From assembly GCF_001194135.2 (NCBI RefSeq), contig NC_068999.1:51197001-51261000 (forward strand): a stretch of 64,000 nt of DNA. Reading direction: 5' to 3'. The translations under genes were made by a program, and so were the position numbers. The stretch is from Octopus bimaculoides. Taxonomy: Eukaryota. A model generated the notes under the pieces. That model worked only from the letters and a program-made list of their open reading frames with translations. It was not told the origin of the DNA and made no database searches. This document shows positions 1-10,232 of the stretch, one piece after another; positions within the stretch are counted from its first letter, which is position 1; each line of letters opens with the position of its first letter.

Positions 1-319
1 GAGTATGTGAAAATAAGTAGAAGACAGTCGCTTATGATATCTTCTCATATCGATGTAAATAGACTTACTGTGAATGTGTGAGAGTGTGTAGATGTATAGA
101 TATATACGCAAATACTAGATAATTAATATTTATGTTTACCGTTGCACGCCTTTATGAAGATACACATTATTTTTGATTTTCAGTCGATATATAAGAATTG
201 CTCTTTCTAATAACAAGAAGACATTGTTTTGGGTTTCTGTGAAGAAAGCAATTATTTTATTCAATTAATTATTAGGGAGATTGCACCACATTGTGCAACA
301 GTATATATTTTTGCTTTAC

Positions 320-629
320 CAGCAACACGCACACATAGACACACACACACACATATACATACACACGCATGCACACACGCGGCACAGACACACACACACA
401 CACACTTGCATCCGAGCATACTTGAATTTTTGTCTTAATGTATACAGCCAAATACACACACTCAAATACATACATATATATATGTATTTATCTTTGTATA
501 TGTGTATTAATACATGCGTAGATATACACACACTCACACACATATATACATGTATATGCTTATATAGATTTTAATAATGCGTATGCATATATAAATAAAT
601 ACACGCACACAAACATACACATTCATATA

Positions 630-673
<44 letters not shown>

Positions 674-755
674 CTTATACAGATTTTAATAATGAATATC
701 CCTTTATAAATAAATGCACACACACACATACATACATATATATATATAAAGATAC

Positions 756-838
<83 letters not shown>

Positions 839-854
839 CTTCTCATTACATATG

Positions 855-887
<33 letters not shown>

Positions 888-894
888 GGATAGA

Positions 895-933
<39 letters not shown>

Positions 934-975
934 GCAGGCAGGCAGGCAGACAGACAGTCAAAGAGACAGACAGAC
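320..975. repeat. Compound microsatellite: (CA)n/(TA)n/(TG)n then (GATA)n-(GACA)n-(GGCA)n
   Basis: Read directly: TG run about 634-670, TA run about 765-830, GATA about 855-912, GACA/GGCA about 913-978. Confidence 0.95.
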
Positions 976-989
976 AGATTTCTTATAAG

Positions 990-1113
990 CTGACAAGGTG
1001 AGTTGAGTTTCACTTAAGGCGTGGTAAGAGCCACTGATGAGAATTAAGATATTTTAGCATCAAAATTCGAAATGGCCACTGATTTGGCGATGTTCGCTTG
1101 TCTCCCTTGTCAG
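990..1113 (+). ncRNA. Type I hammerhead ribozyme motif (candidate self-cleaving RNA)
   Basis: CTGATGA 1034-1040; stem II GAATT 1041-1045/AATTC 1064-1068; GAAA 1069-1072; A1072-T1083 and T1073-A1082 pairs; cleavage triplet ATT 1082-1084; stem I GCCA 1030-1033/TGGC 1085-1088; outer helices AGGCG/CGCTT and CTGACAAGG 990-998/CCTTGTCAG 1105-1113. Helix III is short and weak. Confidence 0.6.
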
Positions 1114-1210
1114 TCATTATCATAGAGCTTCTGCGGCTATTCAGTGGTTTTGACCCTTATTTCCAGCACTCTCTCTCTCTCCCCTTCTCTCTCTCCCCTT
1201 CTCTCTCTCC

Positions 1211-1858
1211 NNNNNNNNNNNNNNNNNNNNNNNNNNNNNNNNNNNNNNNNNNNNNNNNNNNNNNNNNNNNNNNNNNNNNNNNNNNNNNNNNNNNNNNNNN
1301 NNNNNNNNNNNNNNNNNNNNNNNNNNNNNNNNNNNNNNNNNNNNNNNNNNNNNNNNNNNNNNNNNNNNNNNNNNNNNNNNNNNNNNNNNNNNNNNNNNNN
1401 NNNNNNNNNNNNNNNNNNNNNNNNNNNNNNNNNNNNNNNNNNNNNNNNNNNNNNNNNNNNNNNNNNNNNNNNNNNNNNNNNNNNNNNNNNNNNNNNNNNN
1501 NNNNNNNNNNNNNNNNNNNNNNNNNNNNNNNNNNNNNNNNNNNNNNNNNNNNNNNNNNNNNNNNNNNNNNNNNNNNNNNNNNNNNNNNNNNNNNNNNNNN
1601 NNNNNNNNNNNNNNNNNNNNNNNNNNNNNNNNNNNNNNNNNNNNNNNNNNNNNNNNNNNNNNNNNNNNNNNNNNNNNNNNNNNNNNNNNNNNNNNNNNNN
1701 NNNNNNNNNNNNNNNNNNNNNNNNNNNNNNNNNNNNNNNNNNNNNNNNNNNNNNNNNNNNNNNNNNNNNNNNNNNNNNNNNNNNNNNNNNNNNNNNNNNN
1801 NNNNNNNNNNNNNNNNNNNNNNNNNNNNNNNNNNNNNNNNNNNNNNNNNNNNNNNNNN
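1211..1858. other. Assembly gap (N run)
   Basis: N run preceded by a (CT)n tract. Confidence 0.99.
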
Positions 1859-4379
1859 ATATAAACACATATTGCTTTCCATTGTTAGTGTTGTTGAAAA
1901 CCTGATTTGATCGAAATATTTTATACAAAAACGAAATAAATAACTGATCAGCTCTAATAAAATACATCCCAATACAACGTAAGAAAAAAAGACGCTTTAT
2001 TCATAAACACAACACTACGAAATTTCACAATATAATGCAAAGGCCTATTCTACTTAATATTACACAGATAAATATAAATTTTATTATTTGGTGAAGTTGG
2101 CTGTTTGCCATTTTATAAAAAGGAAAGGTGTAAAATTACATTTTAGTCTAAATTTAGGCTATCGTGATATTATAGGATATCCGGTTATTGTCTTGATGAA
2201 GAAAATATAAAATGAAAATAAGAGAATTAAGTACAAAATATCATGACTTTTAATATCAGAAACTGAATGGGGAAGGTAATGATTAAAAACAGAAATTTAA
2301 AAAATAATGACTTCTGAAAGTCACACCTAATTAGATATAAATACTCGCGTGCGCGCGCACATACACACATAAATACGCGCATACACACATGTCTGTATGT
2401 TTATCTATAAATGCGTGTATGTCTATAAATGAATGCATGTATGTGAATGTTTCGGTAAGTGTACGTTTTCAGACATACGAAGCTAACATACATGAATTTC
2501 TGAAAGAAACTAATATTCTCGCGTTATCACGTACACATACACAAACACACTCTCTTTCTCTCTCTCTGTCTCTCTGTTTCTCTCTCTCACACACACTCAC
2601 ATACATGGATCCAAATATAGATACATACATACGTGTATTTCTCGTGTACCCCACTCTCTCTCTTTCTGTCTATCTATAATCATGTACATGTGCGCGTGAG
2701 GCGAAGTAGGAGGTGCATTCAAAAGATTTGGAGGTTCCTTTAGGAGAGGAAATTACAACTGTCCCAGCATATTGTAATTTTAGTATATCATACCTTTTCA
2801 TGTAATGAGATGACCTGATAACTTTTTATTCCAGATTGAAAGAGACAGCACTTTGAGCACACCCTACGAAACGCTTTTCCAGAATTCGGACGCGAAGTGA
2901 AGGTAATCTGAATGCTCGCTATCCAATAAACTTTCGTGTTCAGCAGGGCAAAAGATTGCTTACAGATTAACTTGTATGAGACAAGCATCTGATTGCCACT
3001 GGATCAAGAGATTCAAGCATTGCAGAAAGGTGGTGAGAAGCGATAAGAGGTATGAGAGGGAGAGAGAGGGGTCGAAGCATACGATCTCTTTATGAAAAAA
3101 AGCAATTTTCTGGATGAAGACTATTTTCAGTTTGTGTGGCAACTGTATACAGCATTCTTTAGGAAAATCTAAATACACACAAACTTTGGACAAAGTTTGA
3201 ATCCAGTGTTCTCTGTGTTGAACAGAAGTAAGGATGCAATGGTGACAGCAGATGGATAATTGAACTCACTACTTCTAAGGTAAGAGTACTTGAGCCTCTG
3301 ATGACCCATGGCGAAAGATGGGTCAATGCCATGATCCAGAGACCGATGGACAGGGTGCCCAATGGAAGCGTCCTGGCTCCACCGGTCCCAAGAAGAGCGG
3401 CCAAAGCAGGTCCATATGGAAGCTCATAGCATTCTCTTTTTACCGTTTCATACGTTCAGCATTCTAAACACTACTAAACGGAGTTGGTGGATTGGTGAAA
3501 CTGTTAAATCGTTTGACAATGTACCATGTGGTATCCTTTTCTGTCGTTCGTGTTCTGGTGGTAAAGCCTGCACTGACATCTGCTCCAAGTTGCATCGGCT
3601 GGATATCATTGTTGGCGTGTACAGGGCTGACTACTATGCATTAGTACTTGCAAGTTTTCCGAATCAAAAAGTCTTAACTTGGGGTCTGAGATTGCACATT
3701 GCTAATAAACTATCTTATTAAGGAAAACAGATTTTTTGGAACATAGTGTTCACTTAACGTACTGTAAAAGGAGTCTGTATTGTTATGAACAATAGGTTGA
3801 TGTGAGTTGATGATGTAAATTTACCATCAGCAACAGAGTCACAGAGACTTTTACGAATTGCGTAAAATCTTGAACAAACTGAATGCAACAAGAAAAAACT
3901 ATTTGGAAAGCAAAGTTCTGAAACATCGTATATTATAGCTATCAATAGTGGATGAACGCTACACATTGTATACACAACCAACTAAAATCAATATAAGCAA
4001 CAAAAAAATAGCTTTTAGCTCAGAATAGTTAAATATATCTATACAAAAGTTAATCAATATAGCGTAACTTGTAAATGCTTGGAACGATTGCTCAATGTGT
4101 TTAAATTTTTTATTCTATCAACAATAAGATGAGTCGATATGTTAAGGCATTTTAAATCTATCGAATTAATGAGGAAGCCTCTACATAATTGCTGGACCTG
4201 CTCGAAAGAGTAGACTCGTTTCCATGAATCTGTATACTCCTCATGTCAAAGACACAAGCAGAGATTCAATAACGAGTCGTTTTTTCGGCATAAAATATAT
4301 TTCCCTAGCTAAACTACTTGATCCCTGCTACGCTGGGTCTAAATCAGAATACGTTATTTAATGAGTTTAAATAAGATAA

Positions 4380-4500
4380 GTGTGGTTGATCAGTTGGAAC
4401 TGTGTTTGAACTATATATCAACGACACATGATATCGCTATCACCACACTGAGAAACATCGAAACGATCATAGTCTTTGTCAGCAATACCTGCCCTCTTAT
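4380..4500 (+). mobile_element. Decayed CR1/L2-type LINE reverse transcriptase fragment
   Basis: Translates G*SVGTVFELYIND (resembling QGSVLGPxLFxxYIND), then FVSNT (resembling FADDT) in another frame; motif match by eye only. Confidence 0.35.
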
Positions 4501-5840
4501 TCCGAGAACATTCAATGGAAATCCGGTTTCGTTCTCAATCTGAATGCAAAATATCCACTCTAGCTTATCCACTTTGCTAATTCATTTGGTCTGGTTCTTT
4601 GTACGAGTGAATGTAGCAACGGAACAAACAACATCTACTTGTAGACCTAATATCCGCAGACATTCCGTATACAGCAAGTTAGAAATGTTACAAGGATACA
4701 TATACATGTATACATGCATACATACATTCACATACACACATACACATTCACACAAGCACGCTCACAAGCGCACACATACATACATATGTATATATTTATG
4801 TGTATATATATATATGTGTGTGTGTATGTGTGTGTGTGAGTGTATGAGTGTATATTACCTTTGTATGTATAACTTGTATGTTCTTGTTTCTGTAGTTGTG
4901 TATGGACTGCAATAGTTTTGCCATTTGCTCTTGTTACTAATTCAACGTTGCATTCATATTCGAACAAGTACTGCAAAACCACCCACAAAGAAACCATAGA
5001 TTTCTATAATGGAAATTTCGATCACCGATTGTTTTGCTGAGAAACAGAAAATTAAATACAGTTTCTGATCAGCTTTGTGTTCAAATAAATATAGTTTACA
5101 TTAAGCTTTCAAACTGACCCTTTTGACAGAAATAAACACAAGATAATCATTAACGTGAATGGAGTTTCGTTGCCTAATGCATACAATTCAAAATAACTGT
5201 CTTATTTCTCCATCAGAATAAATGACATTGACTTTTACCATTATTGATTTTTAAACGTATATTATTTGTTTCATATATTAATTACATACTTCTGTAAATG
5301 TAGTTTAGGTATCAGAACATTATAATATGGGCGTTCATATTTTATGCTTTTCGTTCAAAATTTCAATAAACAATTCGCCGCATATGTTCTTACGAATATC
5401 TAATCTAATTTACTGTAGTACTCTCTTGTTGAAGTCATTTTTTAATGCAATAGAGAGCGTGTTGAAGAAGGGATAATTTCATGTGATTTGTTTGATGCAG
5501 TGGTAAAAATCCCTCCTGTCAACTTTATAGAACTTAAATACTGATGCTTTTGGAGAAAATCCTGAAATAGATAAAATATTCAATTCCTTTAAGTTGAAAT
5601 TAATGATTGAGTCATATGTATGTGCCGTTGTTTTTTCTTTTTTTCTTGAAGAATTTGTCTTGTATTTCTGTACTACAACAGACCAATCACATGTCCGTAG
5701 TACCGGAACTGTGAGTAACGTTACCCCAGCTATCTTTCTGAGCATCTCCATTTGGATCAATTGTGTTTGCAATCATACTATTCTGGACATTACCTAACTT
5801 ACATGTTCATTGAAATATATCTTCGATATCTGTGTCAAAT

Positions 5841-5955
5841 TGAATCTCCCTACGCGTATCTGTGGAGTGCTCAGCCACTTGCACGTTAATTTCATGAGCA
5901 GGCTGGCCGTTGCTCGGATCAACTGCAATACTCGTCATCGTAACGGACGGAGTGC
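5841..5955 (+). mobile_element. 3-prime half of Octopus-type SINE (family B)
   Basis: TCTGTGGAGTGCTCAGCCACTTGCACGTTAATTTCATGAGCAGGCTG...CGTAACGGACGGAGTGC matches the body and tail, recalled from memory, of the SINE family whose head lies at 14498. Confidence 0.6.
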
Positions 5956-6299
5956 GAGTTATATAAAATTAGATGTAGTTTGGCTATTTTATATTAAAAG
6001 AAGATGGAAACTTGAAGCTGTCCATTAAATCCTGTGAATTTTGCTCTGCAGAATTGAGATCTTAATTTACATGTTTGGAATGTCTTCAAATCTCAGTTGT
6101 CTGATATCTACATCACTAGATAACAGACAGTGTGTGATCGTATAGACCAATATATCACAAATATAAAGAGTATGTGGTGTCGTGCTACTTCAATAAACGC
6201 AATTTATTGCAAGCCTTGTGTGATATAACAAGATGATTGGATGAGCTGTGGGAACGACTTCATAAATATGCACATTTATATATCATAAATGATGTATGA

Positions 6300-6375
6300 A
6301 CTGTTAGAAATATTGGAACGGTTCCTGGGGAAAGCGAATAATATAGGTGATTTCAGTTTTCCGAAGATTACTTCA
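6300..6375 (+). mobile_element. Decayed CR1-like APE endonuclease fragment
   Basis: IGDFSFPKI at 6343-6369 resembles the CR1 endonuclease motif hGDFNFPxI. Confidence 0.3.
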
Positions 6376-7969
6376 AACACGTAGCTGATGGTTCATCTGA
6401 TGGCAAATATGTTACTGATCAAAGTTGCCTATTAGTGGATGGATTCGATAAGATGGTGATGATGGAGATGTTACTAAGAAAATCATTTTCGCATAAAAGA
6501 ACTTGGATCAATGAAGAGCGCCTCAGCAAACTGAGCGGCTCAATATCAGTTTACTCTAAATAAGATCAGCCTTTTGTGTTACAAGGTGTGCAGATAATGC
6601 CGTTACAAAGGAAGAATTCTAAATGCTACTAAGCATTTGCAGTATGTCTTTTATAGGCGATTATGAACGAGTTAAATCTCAATAAAGCTTCAATAAAAAT
6701 TGCAAATATTAGCGTGGTTCACTTCAGAGCAGAAATTATATATGCACCGCTGTCAAGGAAACAAAAAGAACAAAAAAAGGCAGAGAATATATCCTAAATA
6801 AAAGAGAAACTGTTTTGAAGGGGTAACACATTGCAATGAAAGATGTCGGTAGATTGTGATTATTCAAGGTGGAAAATTAGTGTAGCATATTTTATATAAA
6901 TATTGATGAATGAATGTACTAAAATTATACTGTGCTGAGGGTTAGTTGTAGAATAACGTTTTGTTGGTTCCAGAAAGACGGAGATAGTCAAAGACATAAA
7001 TTGTGGTGTTTCTTAATGTAGTAAAAACGTTGAATGGAGAATGCATGAATAGCAGGAAGAATATTTGACGTATAATATCTAGAATAATATAAATCACAAC
7101 AGGATGTAACCAAAGCTTAAAGGAAATATAAAGTAGGTAAAACATCATAGAGCAAATTCTATTTAAGAGCTTAGATCTATGCTAAATTTAGTAGGGTTCC
7201 TAAGAAATGTTATCCTCTCCTCACCATACATGAGCAAATGGATCAGAATGAAAGAAAACAAAGGTGACTTGAATGGGATATTGATAATGAATGTGAGCAA
7301 AATATGGAACGAATAAAATAGCATACAACCCATCATTTATTGTATATCTTGAAATTCACCACATTCCTATAAAACTGATGATTCATGCCTACGCAAATAT
7401 AATATTCATTCACGTCGATCATATAGAGATTTTTGTATGAAAATCTTATTATTTATTGTATTGTATTTGCAGAGTTGTCGTTAACATCATCGTCACAACT
7501 ACTATCAGTATCGTAAAGAATATCATCATCATCATCATCATAGCCATCATTATTTCCAACTCTGCGATAATCATTATTTTCATTAACATGAAAATCGTTG
7601 CCTGACATTTGTAACTTATACACATATTTTAGTCACTCCTTCATCAGCCGTTCCATTCTTCTTTTATAACAAAACTAACCATGTGAGCAATTGCCTTACA
7701 CACAAGCGTTAAAGATACAAACAAAAATTAAAAGAAAAAATATAGATAAGAACGGTATATAAAAGAAACGGAGGAAGTAAAAAGAAACAACAATGCAAAA
7801 TATGATACAATACACTCTACACAGGATCCAATGCAATGCATGGAAGTGAATAGAATATAACAAGTTCAAACAATAGAAAATGCGAGAGGAAGAAAAAATG
7901 GTCTTTACAAAAAATTCTGCTCACTAATAATTAAAAGAATCGAATAATTCTTATAAAGATAGCTGACAG

Positions 7970-8360
7970 TGTGCATTGTCCGTATAGATTAGTAATTTGG
8001 TAGCTTGGCTTCATAATATTGTCCAATCAACGATATGATATAGCAAATACTTGGTAAACATCTATGTTGAAGGTAAATTCTCATTTAACTTCTCTACTGA
8101 CCAAATGACCGCATTACTTCTTGTTTCTGTCATACATACTCTCACGTAAAGTACGTGGCTTAATAAGTTAGATTCCACTCTCTTCAAGGAAAATGATCTT
8201 AGCCAAATCGTCTACGACTCATCGTAATGGAAAGTATGGTTTCCATACTTATATGCGAATAATGCGACAACTGGAAGAAGCGTGAGCGTTTTGGTTCCGC
8301 TCCATTATTCATAAATATCTCCTCTTGTGTAAATTCCGAATTGATATCTCTGCTGCTTGT
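7970..8360 (-). mobile_element. Decayed piggyBac-like transposase fragment
   Basis: Minus strand reads TQEEIF..G...Y...TMSRRRF (MSRRRF near 8205-8225), NIDV (resembling TIDE) about 52 codons later and QYYEAKLPNY (resembling QYMPxKPxKY) about 14 codons after that; spacing fits piggyBac; stops and frameshifts present. Confidence 0.5.
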
Positions 8361-9527
8361 AAACATCTACGTCAACGATAATACGTACAAACTTCCAACA
8401 CACACATTCATACACACATATATTTCATATAGAACTAAGATAATATACATGTGATTATATTTTACGCTTAACAGCATATCGATATAATGTAAACATAGTT
8501 GATATGCTAAACTTTATAATATTCGTTTTGATTCCATCGAAAGTCTGGTAAAGGATAACTATAACTAATATTCAATTTGTGATTGCTATAAGACTTTTGT
8601 TCAAGAGAGTTAATATAGAGTTACAAGCTACGCTTGTATAGTGAATTGAAACGTTATTGAAATTTTAACATCGACTGAAGCGGGGGGTTTTTGTGTTTTT
8701 TATTGGCTTTTTCAATAAAAACAGAATGACTCGTTCGATTTATTACACTTGCAACAATATTAGGAAAGCCATGTTGTCTAAAGTTTCCCCCTTAATATAT
8801 AGACATTTCTCGATTTTAAAACGAAGTTTTAATCGATTTCATTTATTTTTGTTATACATTTCCTTTCGTTACTTTGTTGCTGATATTTTTGTTTGTTTGT
8901 TTTTTTAAACTTTTTTAGTAATTTCGATGGGGGAAGTAAATATGTTTATAAATGTTTATTTGCTAACATATTTATATGTCTTCAGAGAGACAGTAAAGAA
9001 TTACTTATTGGTGAATTTATTGCTAGCATCATCTGACATACGAGTAGTGCACCATAGTTCGTTCGTATCATACAAACATAGCATGACATTTATATACAGA
9101 ATATAAATATAAACATTCCTAATCTTATGAATATAATCCGGATTATACAGTACAATGAACAGTGAAGAAAACAACAAGAGTTTGGCGAATGTTTTTATGA
9201 AAGCGCTGAGTTCTTTATTGTTTTTTTTTGTCTTGTGCACAAGACACGTGAGATTTAAGAATTCATCCCAACCAAACTTAATCTTTAATTTTACCTTTAA
9301 TTTCCTTCATCCCAACGAAGGAATACTTTGGAGGGAAGACTAAAGAGTATGTTATAATCGCCAGTGTATAATCGCCAGTAGGATTGAGTGATAATCTGTG
9401 TGTGTGTGCATGTGCTTGTGTATGGGTATATGTATATGTGTGTGTTATCCTTGTATGTGTTTGTCCATATGCGTGCCTCGGATGTTTTAAAAGTGCATTC
9501 AGTATGTATGATTTCTATTTGTAATTA

Positions 9528-9734
9528 ACAGAATCGTTAGCACACTGGACGAAATGCTTAGCGGTCGCTACGTTCTGAGTTCCAATTCCGCCGAGGTCAA
9601 CTTCGCATTTCATCCTTTCGGAGTCGTAAAAATAAGTACCAGTCGAGTACTGGGGTCGATGTAACTGACTAGCCCCCTCCCCCTGTAGTAGAAATGTTGT
9701 GCCTACGGTAGAAAGGATTATCATTCTTATTATT
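9528..9734 (+). mobile_element. tRNA-derived SINE, family A (copy 1 of head-to-tail trimer)
   Basis: CAGAATCGTTAGCAC...GAGTTCCAATTCCGCCGAGGTCAACTTCGCATTTCATCCTTTCGG...GTAGAAAGGATTAT; homologous to the neighbouring copies. Confidence 0.85.
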
Positions 9735-9737
9735 GAA

Positions 9738-9950
9738 GGCGACGCACTGGCAAAATCGTTAGCGCCCCAGGAAAAATGCTAAGAGACATTTTGTCCGTCT
9801 TTACGGTCTGAGTTCAAATTCCGCCAAGGTCAACTTTGTGTTTCACCCCTTCGAAGTCGATATCTTCAGTACCAGTGCAATACTGGGGTCAATTTAATCG
9901 ACTAGTCACCCTCTCCCAAATTTCAGGCCTTCTGTGTTTAAAAGAAATGG
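9738..9950 (+). mobile_element. tRNA-derived SINE, family A (copy 2)
   Basis: Starts GGCGACGCACTGGCAAAATCGTTAGC; B-box-like GAGTTCAAATTCC; same body as copy 1. Confidence 0.85.
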
Positions 9951-10010
9951 TTATTATGATTATTATTATTATTATGATGATGATGATCATCATCATCATC
10001 ATCATCATCA

Positions 10011-10048
<38 letters not shown>
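9951..10048. repeat. Compound trinucleotide repeat (TTA)n(ATG)n(ATC)n(TTA)n, expanded SINE tail
   Basis: Read directly; lies between SINE copies 2 and 3. Confidence 0.95.
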
Positions 10049-10051
10049 GAA

Positions 10052-10232
10052 GGCGGCGAGCTGACAGAATCGTTTCCGAGCCGGCCCAAAAGCTCAACGG
10101 CATTTCATCCCTCTTTACATTCTGAGTTCAAATTCTGCCGGGTCGACTTTGCCTATTATCATTTCGTTGTCGATAAAATAAATACTAGTTGAATACTTGG
10201 ATCGTTATCAGTCACTATCCTCCTCCCCTACC
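10052..10232 (+). mobile_element. tRNA-derived SINE, family A (copy 3)
   Basis: GGCGGCGAGCTGACAGAATCGTT...GAGTTCAAATTCTGCCGGGTCGACTTTGCC. Confidence 0.85.

Noticed and set aside
229-961. Overlapping 67-97 aa ORFs rich in HT/YI/CV dipeptides (and similar ORFs throughout)
   Set aside because: These are translations of (CA)n, (TA)n, (TG)n and (GATA)n microsatellites
8987-9105. GPCR TM2-like string TVKNYLLVNLLLA
   Set aside because: The match is short, no further TM pattern follows, and the frame closes after about 40 codons
9353-9379. 13-bp direct duplications (also 20733/20749 and 62710/62724) as TSDs
   Set aside because: The copies are adjacent with no inserted element between them; ordinary slippage duplications
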